Positions 25,727 to 36,219 of a stretch of 64,000 nt of DNA are shown here, one piece after another. A model generated the notes under the pieces. That model was not told where the DNA came from and searched no databases. It worked only from the letters and a program-made list of their open reading frames with translations. Origin of the DNA: Lingula anatina (lineage: Eukaryota > Animalia > Brachiopoda); NCBI GenBank assembly GCA_051362555.1, contig CM120640.1:25716225-25780224 (forward strand), in the 5' to 3' direction. Every line of letters begins with the position of its first letter. Position 1 is the stretch's first letter. A program made the position numbers and the translations under genes.

Positions 25727-26390
25727 GACAGGACTCGCTGGACGCTTCCTAGTGCAGCCACCTCGTAGACAGACCATGGCAGGACTCGCTGGACGCTTCC
25801 CCAGTGCAGCCACCTCGTAGACGGACCATGGCAGGACTCGCTGGACGCTTCCCCAGTGCAGCCACCTCGTAGACGGACCATGGCAGGACTCACTGGACGC
25901 TTCCCAAGTGCAGCCACCTCGCAGATAGACCATGGCACGACTCGCCGGACACTTCCTTAATGCAGCCACCTCGTAGACAGGCCATGACAGGACTCGCTGG
26001 ACGCTTCCCCAGTGCAGCCACATCAAAGAGACAGACCATGGCAGGACTCGCTGGCACCAAGGAATGGTCAAAGTAGCTTAAGTGTAGATGTGGGACGTCT
26101 CCTTGCAGTTGTGTTCTGTCAACAGAAAGAAAAATTAATTAATGACTTTTCATACTATGTCAGCACTCTGCAGTCAGGCTTACCTTTAAGTGGTTTCCAT
26201 CTCATTGAAACACCATATGACAAGACTCGCTGGACGCTTCCCCAGTGCAGCCACCTTGTAGACAGACCATGGCAGGACTAGCTGGACGCTTCCCCTGTGC
26301 CGCCACCTCGTAGACAGACCATGGCAGGACTCGCTGGACGCTTCCCCTGTGCAGCCACCTCGTAGAGAGACCATGGCAGGACTCGCTGGC
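25727..26390. repeat. 52-bp tandem repeat in two blocks (~6 + ~3 copies)
   Basis: Unit GGCAGGACTCGCTGGACGCTTCCCCAGTGCAGCCACCTCGTAGACGGACCAT at 25778, 25830, 25882...; second block 26221-26385. Confidence 0.9.
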
Positions 26391-26450
26391 TCCAAGGGAT
26401 GGTCGAAGTAGCTTAAGTGTAGATGTGGGGTGTCTCCTTGCAGTTGTGTC

Positions 26451-27755
26451 CTGTAAACAGAAATAAAAACGAGGTTAGATTTCTTTCATTTCTCAAACCC
26501 CCCTTCCAAAAAGAAAAAAAGATTACATACCTTAAAGAGTGTAGTCGAAGTCCCACAGGTGGCGCCCATCATCTTCTATGTCCTGTAAACAGAAATAAAA
26601 ACGAGATTAGATTTCTTTCACTTCTCAAACTCCCCTTCCAAAAAGAAAAAAAGATTACATACCTTAAGGAGTGTAGTCGAAGTCCCACAGGTGGCACCCA
26701 TCATCTTCTATGTCCTGTAAACAGAAATAAAAACGAGATTAGATTTCTTTCACTTCTCAAACTCCCCTTCCAAAAAGAAAAAAAGATTACATACCTTAAG
26801 GAGTGTAGTCGAAGTCCCACAGGTGGCGCCCATCATCTTCTATGTCCTGTAAACAAAAAATAAAAACGAGATTAAATTTCTTTCATTTCTCAAACCCCCC
26901 TTCCAAAAAGAAAAAAGATTACATACCTTAAGGAGTGTAGTCGAAGTCCCACAGGTGGCGCCCATCATCTTCTATGTCCTGTAAACAGAAATAAAAACGA
27001 GATTAGATTTCTTTCACTTCTCAAACTCCCCTTCCAAAAAGAAAAAAAGATTACATACCTTAAGGAGTGTAGTCGAAGTCCCACAGGTGGCGCCCATCAT
27101 CTTCTATGTCCTGTAAACAGAAATAAAAACGAGATTAGATTTCTTTCATTTCTCAAACTCCCCTTCCAAAAAGAAAAAAAGATTACATACCTTAAGGAGT
27201 GTAGTCGAAGTCCCACAGGTGGCGCCCATCATCTTCTATGTCCTGTAAACAGAAATAAAAACGAGATTAGATTTCTTTCATTTCTCAAACCCCCCTTCCA
27301 AAAAGAAAAAAGATTACATACCTTAAGGAGTGTAGTCGAAGTCCCACAGGTGGCGCCCATCATCTTCTATGTCCTGTAAACAGAAATAAAAACGAGATTA
27401 GATTTCTTTCACTTCTCAAACTCCCCTTCCAAAAAGAAAAAAAGGTTACATACCTTAAGGAGTGTAGTCGAAGTCCCACAGGTGGCGCCCATCATCTTCT
27501 ATGTCCTGTAAACAGAAATAAAAACGAGATTAGATTTCTTTCATTTCTCAAACTCCCCTTCCAAAAAGAAAAAAGATTACATACCTTAAGGAGTGTAGTC
27601 GAAGTCCCACAGGTGGCGCCAATCATTTTCTATGTCCTGTAAACAGAAATAAAAACGAGATTAGATTTCTTTCATTTCTCAAACCCCCCTTCCAAAAAGA
27701 AAAAAGATTACATACCTTAAGGAGTGTAGTCGAAGTCCCACAGGTGGCGCCCACC
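26451..27755 (-). repeat. 131-132-bp tandem repeat x10; each unit is a 79-80-nt GT-AG intron plus a 52-nt exon
   Basis: Donor AAG|GTATGT at 27716, 27585, 27454, 27322, 27191, 27059, 26927, 26795, 26663, 26531; branch-like TCTAATC and acceptor TTTCTGTTTACAG| in essentially every unit. Confidence 0.9.
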
Positions 27756-28109
27756 AGTTTGCAGTCTGCTTCCTGGACCTGTAATAAAAAGAAACCTGGA
27801 AAGCATGGGAATATGCAATGACACTACGACTCCAGCCCACGACAGCAAAAAGGTGAAGTATCCTGCGAAGATGACCGAGCGACGATTCCTCGTGGGGAGA
27901 AGCGAAGATTTTAGCTGGCCAGCTAAGAGAAACGCCGAATCCACCGTCTAGACGTCTGCGTGTGCAGGGAACAATATGTCGAAGAGCGATGCGTTGACGT
28001 AGGATGAGTAGAAGATTCGGAGAAATGGGAGTCGACTCCCGTGTCCTTTGTGCTTGATACAGGGCGCAGCACATGGCATCCGTCCTGTTGCTCTAGATCT
28101 GTCCGCTGT

Positions 28110-28195
28110 TGAGTGAAGGCACTTTTAAAATTTTGCGCTTTTATACCTTTGTTGACGTATAGTCACATGATGGCGTTCTTGTTGTCACCAATGGT
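28110..28195 (-). promoter_or_regulatory. Pol II core promoter (TATA box + Inr, upstream E-box and CCAAT)
   Basis: Minus strand: ATTGG...TCATGTGAC...GGTATAAAAG (TATAAAA 28145-28139), then TCACTC with A at 28114, 31 nt downstream, which is canonical spacing. Confidence 0.6.
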
Positions 28196-28704
28196 CAACT
28201 TGTTCAAAGGGGATGGCCTTTGATAGTGATGCGCAAAGTTGGTAATAATATCTTATCAACATATACATTTTCTTTTATATTTTATATTTTGATTATTCTG
28301 CCTGTCAGTTTGTTTATAATAAGAGTAAAAAGTTCTAAGCAATGTCTGTGAAATGTGCAGGCAAATTTGATGAAAATTTCTGAGCAACATACCTTCTCCC
28401 TAAAATTTTTATAGGTACGATGTCCGTTAAGCTGGTAGCTGTGAACTTCTCGCAGGCTACTTTAGTGTGCGTGTATTTGAACACTGATCCAAAATGTGGA
28501 TAATGTAATTTGGCGTAGGGTGACTGCATTTTTGAGGCAGCCTGAGGGAGTATGGTTGTTCTGATTGTAGTGAATTGTAGAGAGACAATTGGAAGTACAC
28601 TGGACTTAGCATGTTCAGTCACCCAAGTACTCTGAAACACATTTTGTAATCAGCTGACTTGTTATTCTGAAAAATGAAAAAACAAATTATATTGATTTAC
28701 AAAA

Positions 28705-29024
28705 CTGGAAGATAGAAGCAGTGGATCATATTACTTATGCCAGGCAGAAGAAACGACTGAATGTATATTTTTATATTCAAAACGTCTACTGATTTAGGTA
28801 ATAATTAATAGCCTGGAAGATAGCAGCAGTGGATCATATTACTAATGCAAGGCAGAAGAAACGAGTGAATGTATATTTTTATATTCAAAACGTCTACTGA
28901 TTTAGGTAATAATTAATAGCCTGGAAGATAGCAGCAGTGGATCATATTACTAATGCAAGGCAGAAGAAACGAGTGAATGTATATGTCTATATTCAAAACG
29001 TCTACTGATTTAGGTAATAATTAA
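28705..29024. repeat. 108-bp tandem repeat x3
   Basis: CTGGAAGATAGCAGCAGTGGATCATATTAC... at 28705, 28813, 28921. Confidence 0.9.
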
Positions 29025-32000
29025 CAACTGACGTCTCCCTTCATGGCGTCGGGTTATCAGTACTCCCTCACCAGTAACATGAGTTATGAGTTGAGCAGAA
29101 ACAGAAAAAGATTTTTTATAAAGATAATGCAAGTATATGTGTAGGCCCATTTATCTTTTTTTATATTACTAAACGTAAGAATTGTTTGTCCAAGTGAAAC
29201 TTTACTTACATCAGCCTAGCAACTAAATCTGACGTCTCCGAAAATAACTAGAATTTTTTGAATAACGCAATAATGCGGCCACCTTCGAGGTGTCGCCCGG
29301 TTTTTAAAAATTGAAAAAAGAAACTTTTCGGGGCGTCTTTTGTCGCGGGTCATTATTTTCAGTTGTTTGATGTTTTTTTGTAATATTTTAGCCATTGATA
29401 GAATCTATAATTCAGTTACATCCACGATTAGCTAGACAAAATGGTGACAGGGAAAAGTCAAATTTTTTAAACGGCAAAAACTGCATTCTCTTAGAAAGCA
29501 ATTAGCAAACATTCATTACTGTGAAAAATTCAACCGAAGTTGAACACAAAATGTGTCAAAAATAAACGTGCATGTCGTAATACCTTTTTAAAGCAGTCTA
29601 ATTTTTGTTAGTATTAAAAACGTGTAAATATTATCCACATAGGATATTTTTAAAGCCTTCGATATTTAAAATATTTAAACTTCCCATACTTTGAGGCATG
29701 CATGAGTCGGAAAATGTTTGCATAATTACATAAAAAACTAGAATTATCTCTTTATGTGACCACAGTTTACTCATGTGCCTTACATCATTCCCTTAAACCC
29801 TTTCCCAATATCGATTTCAGATATTTTTGACACATTTTGTCTTCATCTGAATCACGTGAACGTTATCAAGTGTCATAAGGCGTACATTACGAAAATATTT
29901 AGGTCTTGGAACGTGATTTGATGACTTTTTTTAATGCATATATATACAATTATAAATTTATAATTAAGTTATTTAATATCAAATTATAAGTTCTGACCGA
30001 GTTTTAAAATTTATTTTAGGAGGGGTAAAAAAACCCAACCCCATCTAATATATATTGGATACATCCGTAGGCTTATGTCCTTAGAACTAGGCGTACAAAA
30101 TGTGTCTTCTAGCTAAAGTTATTATTATGGTGTATGTGTAATTTAAAAAAAACTACGTAAGAATGACAATAGGTCATGTGTTTCGAATGCACCCCCCACT
30201 CTCCGATCAGACATTACTTTTGTATAATTCACAGTCCATCTTCGTTGTAGTTTGTGACTTAACGTCATTTCTTAGTGAAGCGGTGTTGTCCTCAATTTAC
30301 CTTAAATGTCCAAATTACTAAGAAGAAACCACTTGCAAGAATTATAAGGCTTTTTATACTGCTAGGTCTATAGACGTGATACACACGATATTTTGCAACC
30401 CCACAAAATCTGTTTCTTAAAATTTTGGTTTCACCATAAAGCTTAGCACTATCATTCTTTTTTGCTTTATTTATATATTCTCAGTACATAAATAACCATT
30501 GTCTGTTGCCCAATTTTGCACAAAAATAAGATAATCCCCAAAACCTCATTAATTGTGTTTCCTCCATCCCAAAAAATATTAAAAATTTCTCCTCATAATT
30601 TAGTAGTGCACTGGCATCTACACAGTACATAAATGTATCATTATAATAACATCTTGTTCTTACTGATAACATAATTAGCTTAATTCCATAACAATTCTAA
30701 AATGTTAATAACAATGAAAATTCAAAGTAGATGGCAAGATTCTTATTGTGCTGATAAAGATAAAATATGTAAATTCAATACTGATTAGGTACTGTATACT
30801 GGCTCATTGAAAAAAAGGGAACCGTTTCACAAAAAAATTAAGCTTAGACTGCTAAATCTGGATAGCCAACTATACAAAGTCAACTTTGCGATATTGTCTT
30901 ACAACTACAATTTTTTAAGAATGATTGGTCCACAGTTGATGAGTAGAATATACATAAATGGGCTACTGACACCATTGCAAGTAAAAGACTTGCCAAGACA
31001 ATCAAAATGTAAATCAAAGGAAAGTGAAAAGAAAGTAAAAAGACTGGAAAAAATGAAGCAAAATTGATAACTTGGTTAATGAGCGAACAATACTCTAGTT
31101 TTGATTAAATCAGAACTTTTCTTGCACCTTTTCTTGGGGAATAGGGGATTGGTGTAGTGAAAGCCCAACCTTAACCTTTGGATGCTATTCTCATTAAACA
31201 TATGCATAAAAGACAAAATTTAGACCACAAATAGATTCATGCAATCTACCAACCTTTTTTACAGTGAGTCATTGCAACTTATTAGTTATTTCTGGCCTAG
31301 GCTATCTGTAAGATTCTTACAACTGTGAAGTGCAACTTAGCCAGCTAAGTCTTTATAGGCTCAGATTTTAGACTACAAACCAGCTTCAAACATTTAGTAA
31401 AGCAAGTGCAAGGAATAGTTAGTTTGAAGGCTCTGCCTCCCCATAGGGTGAGAACAAACACAGTCACACTGTATGATACATTACAGAAAACATTGGTTAA
31501 AAATATTCTCTGGAATTTTACATTTTCACTAGTATAGAATCAATTTGATTTCTAAAACTGACTTATTATAAAAATACTCCTGTCAATTTAAAACTTTTTC
31601 ATAAAGCATATCTGAAGTACACTGATAAAATGTTATTAAAAATATTAAAATTTGATATTCACAGATAAAATAGGCTCAAGTCAAAATTATTAAGACAATT
31701 ATTGAAGCATTATTCAAACCCCAATTTTGTTTATTTTCATACAATTAGTGATTCACAAGTTCTTTAACAGAGTTGTACCTAATCTGACTACATGATATCT
31801 ATCAAAATCTCTCTAAAATCAAGTGACAAAAAATGCCCACAGTTTCAAGCACCATAAAATATGGCTTAAGTAAGTAATATCCTCAATTGTTTCATAATAA
31901 ACGTCATGTCACTTGAATGTACCATTCTCCAGAAAAAAAGATGAACTTGCAAGGTTTGATAAGTCTGCGTTTACAGGTAGATGTCATAGTTTAATATACA

Positions 32001-32181
32001 TGAGGCAGCTTTATATCGTGGTCAACAATATTATATTATATCAGTTTCTCTAGCCTCCATGTCTTATTCGTCATAATATTTTGATTTTCAAATTCAGGGT
32101 CCCCTAGTAAAAGATCTTGCATTTCCTCTTGATCACAGAAGAATCTGAGTTGAGAATACAGTTGAGAATACAGAGTTAAAA

Positions 32182-35100
32182 TTAGGCCTCTCCTCTCCAC
32201 TCGGGGTCCTCTTGCAACTGAACCTGGCTGACATCCATGGTTACATCTTGAAAAATAATATATTCCAAAAAAGTTTAGATGGTGCAGTAATAATAATAAT
32301 AATAATAATTAAAATCAATAAATCTTGGACGCATTACTTGTCGTACGTCTGAATAACATGACAGACAAGAAGAAAATAGTTGCTCTTGAAAATGGACTTT
32401 AAGTAATGAAAATGCAAGATGACAGCTAGTAGATAGTACATGTGCATGCAATTTATTTGAAATTCTGACTTTTCAGTCCTAATGATTTAGATTATTTATA
32501 GCCAATAATCTGAGAAAATAAAATATTCAACAGAGAAATTGATTGCAGTAAATCCTGCTCGTACCTGACTGCTTAATATTCACTGCAGCAAACCTCTCTA
32601 CGACATCGTCGAGCTGATCAGTAGGGTCATCATAATCACATCCTGTGTTCGCTTTTTTCTCGAGGCAGTACTTAAGGAAACTACACCAAAGAGAAGTTGA
32701 AAATAAAGAAAGAATTGCCTACTTTCTTTTGTCTTTCTGTATGGACTTTCATTCACAATAAAAGAAAGAATTGCCTAGTAGACACTATTTTGTCTGTCAA
32801 TTTGGAGTTTAATTTACATGTTTTTTAACTTTCCTTTTTTTTCTATTTTTTTTTCATTTAACAGTCTGTCTGAACTAAAACATGATAGCTTTCTCTTTTT
32901 AATCTTTCTATCCTCTGTTTTTTTTTTTGTCAGTCTGTCTGAACAAACATTAAAAATTTAATTTATGAACTTTATTAAATCCTTAACATTTCTTTTTTTG
33001 TTGGTTTGTCTGTCTGTCTGAACAAAAGTTCTTAGAAACAATGAGATTAAATAAAGATTAAATAAAGGAAAAAAAATTTGAACCTAACATGGCTGATTTG
33101 TGTTTGGTTTGAAAAAGTCTTATAATTTGATTGAACTTTTTTTGCTTACTGATCAAATAAATTAAAATAATTCACTTCACCTGTTCCATTGTTCATCTTG
33201 CGAAAGAAGAAACGGATTCCCTACAACAATCAATAGGGCCTTTGCTCTTGTGATCGACACATTAAACCTCTGAAAAAAAATTAATCCCACATGTAACTGT
33301 ATGTGCGGGTGAACACTGAAGACAGTATAGTCTGAGACTAACTGTTCATATCTCTTCTGTGAATTCCGCATCACATGGCATAGTCTCCGCAGTGCCATAG
33401 TGGAAAGAAATGGTGATGAAAATAGTATGGACTCTAGCTGTTTAAATAACCTTACATTTCAAAATATGTGTGTGCACATCCACATGTACAAAGTCTTATG
33501 AATTATGTGTTCACGCATGTACACATGCCACAGCACAATCATGGTAATGACACTATCTTTTCAATGGGCAAAAATTATCAAACTTTCAAATGTATACCTT
33601 TATAAACACATAAAGTATATAGTATTAGTGGTACTCTTACTGCACAGATTAGAACTATAGATTAGCTTACTTTTTTATTCTGTTGTGACCATCCAATAGG
33701 AATTGGGTAGGAGTATCAAAATTTTAAAAATAAATGGCCTAAAAAATACCGCATCTGTAAAATTCACGATTTCCCCCCCACTGAAAAATATCAAGTTATT
33801 ACCATATGCTGAGGTGGCACTAGAAATTTTTTCTAAAGCCAAATTACTACTTTTTCATCACTTTTTTCTCCAAAATGGTTTAAATTTGACTAAAATAAGT
33901 CAAATCAACCCTATTTTGTTTAGCCAATTGAAGTCAGTTTTAGCATTTGGCTTAAATGGGCAGTGTTAACTCTACCCCAGTTTATGTGTCCACATGCATA
34001 AGTGTACAAATGACTGACCTTTGGGTTCTTTAAAAAGCCCAGCTTGAACTCTGCGTCCAGAGCCAGGTAATCGGGGTTACTACTCACGGTGGACACCATG
34101 ATGACCCGTCTCTCCTGACCCTGAAATTCCTCCACACTGCCCACCTTTATGTCCCGAAAGTTTTTCTTGAACAGCAGTTGCCTCAGTTTTTGAACCTGTG
34201 GAGAGAATAAAAAGGGATGTCTGTGCATTTACAGGCCCGTAACCAGCATTTTCAAAAGGGGGGTTCTTTTTCTGAAAAAGTGGACCTTTTTCCATAAAAA
34301 CTTCATGTACCTAGATCAAATTTTACCCACAGTGGACCTTTTCCCAGCAAAAGTGGCAGTTCTTTCCCAGCAAAAGTGGCAGTTCTTTAAAACCCCCGAA
34401 CCCCCCCTGGCTACGCGCCTGATATAATACTCATCCGTTACATTCAGCAATTACTTTATCTTTATCTTATTTTACTATATCTAGTAGTTAGCCATAACTC
34501 TGAACAGGCTGCATATTGTTAGTACATTACATTATAACCAAGCTCAGGTGGATTAGTAATTGAATTTGCCATGTGAGATGGGAGTGAGCAAATTCACCAC
34601 AATTTTAATTTTAATTTTTTAAATTTTTCTTTATACTTTATCACATGTACACTTCTGTAGTTAAAGTAGGACTTTTCATAAGCCTAACAGTACCATATCT
34701 ATAACATACTATTAACTCAGATGTATTGTGGCTGTACTTTAATTTAAGGTAAATGGAATGTTGGACCTTTAAAGAATGTTGACTACTGGCTCTTTAGAGC
34801 TATGCCACATTCTTAGAATCTTTTGCCCTAACTCAGCAAAAAGGCCCAGTTAATAATTGTAAACAAATTTGCAAAGTTTTACTAGGCAGCTTCAATTAAT
34901 TGGCATTTGGCGTGAAGCCCGATTTGATATTGCAAACTGTTGTTAGTAACTTGAAAAGGGAGAGGGACTGGGGAGGGGTTGCCTGTATTCATCATGGAAT
35001 AAGTTCTGTCATATTTCCCTCACTTGTTTTCTGTAGGGGGAAATAATTCCAGTTTCATTCTGCAAGACTCGGATGCCTCTGGCCTCCAGTAGCTTCTCCA

Positions 35101-35478
35101 CATATCCCAACACAATAGTTGCTTCTTCTGGATTGAAGAATGATGGACTCCTTTCCTCCCTCATGTCCTCCCCAACCACTCCATGGAATACAAAGGGACA
35201 CCCCATTTTTGGTAAACCTTCCCAGTTGCAGAGGGACTCCCTGGCAAGTCGGTCAGCACAGGCTTCTAGCTCGTTGTGGTAGAACTGTTCGTTTGGAAGC
35301 TTGAGGATAGCAGGATGTGATCTGTAGTTTTTGAGGAGTTTTGTAAGGAGAAATGGGTTGTAATGGCCTTGACGTTGGTACAGTACATCTTGATCGTCGT
35401 CATCTGAGCCAGGACTCGAACCACCCCTCTTCTTGTACACATCACAGTAGGTCATGTATCTTTCTAGGAGTGAGAGTC
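32182..35478 (-). CDS. MOV10: MOV10-like SF1B RNA helicase, 3' five exons only (5' exons not found; possible partial duplicate or pseudogene)
   Basis: Exons 35478-35024, 34195-34019, 33269-33181, 32680-32565, 32246-32182, phase-consistent. Motifs [73 protein letters not shown], C-terminal EDPEWR. Confidence 0.85.
34232..34421. mobile_element. Intronic MITE (CAGGCCCGTAACCAG...CTGGCTACGCGCCTG)
   Basis: Imperfect terminal inverted repeats, non-coding. Confidence 0.6.
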
Positions 35479-36219
35479 CTGTAAGACATTAAAATGATGA
35501 GACATTTCATATACATGTATAAATGTATAAATGAAGTTATTCTTTATCAAAGAAACTAAATAACTATGAGGTTCAAAAGGTTTTAATTTCACCAATATAT
35601 GTACAAAAGAGATGAAAGAGACATTTTGTCAATGCTTAAGTACAAAATCTCTACTACCACATGTAAAAGTATTTCAGTGTTTGCAATTTTACCAGAGCTT
35701 ATAGAACTACCAAAAAAAACTGATCCTTGTCAAAACCTAGTCCTAGTCAAAAGAAAGACTTTCTTTTGTCAAATTTAAAATTATTGAAGGAATAATTCTG
35801 GGCACAGCCATAGCAGTAAAAATGTTTCATTAATTGCATTACCTTTTATTTTACTTAAATCTCAGAAGCAGAAATCACTGGTCAATAAAAAGCTTTTAGA
35901 ATAAGTCCTACATGTACATGTATATGATTTTACCAGACTCTCAAACACCTTTGTAAATATTATAGTTAATCATAGTACTTTTGTCCACAATTTTCAACTT
36001 CACTTTTCTTTTAGTCATAGTCTTATTTCATTTTTATTTAAGCCCGAGGTAGTAATGTAACTTCCCCTTTTAATGCATTTCATAACACATACACTCACAC
36101 ACACTGGCAGATTAAAACTTTACTATTACTCATATTATCATTTTTATTATAATGGCTGTTGGAGGCATATTATTATAATTAAATATATTAAAAACTATTA
36201 TAATTATAATTATATATAT

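Larger units (their letters stand above)
21870..28114 (-). ncRNA. Predicted spliced, repeat-rich long non-coding transcript
   Basis: TATA/Inr promoter at 28145/28114 and a chain of canonical splice sites. Exon(s) 28114-27716, nine 52-nt exons between 27636 and 26531, then 26450-26184, 26115-25564, 25153-24973, 24745-24600, and acceptors at 24271, 22939, 22369. No long ORF in the spliced product. 3' end uncertain (AATAAA near 22545 and 21872). Confidence 0.55.

Noticed and set aside
26423-26863. Plus-strand ORF with 44-aa repeats
   Set aside because: By-product of the 132-bp period; it breaks at a stop near 26863 and at 131-bp units, and the splice signals are on the opposite strand.
23623-27755. 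Regular repeat arrays as CRISPR-like loci
   Set aside because: Units are head-to-tail with no unique spacers, no cas genes are present, and the context is eukaryotic.
27679-28074. ~120-130-aa ORF in the first exon of the predicted transcript
   Set aside because: No recognisable domain, and its stop would precede many junctions. Not called as CDS, although translation cannot be excluded.
5605-35478. An immune gene island (Spaetzle-like, GIY-YIG-like, MOV10)
   Set aside because: The genes are separated by unrelated repeats, MOV10 is partial, and nothing in the sequence shows co-regulation.
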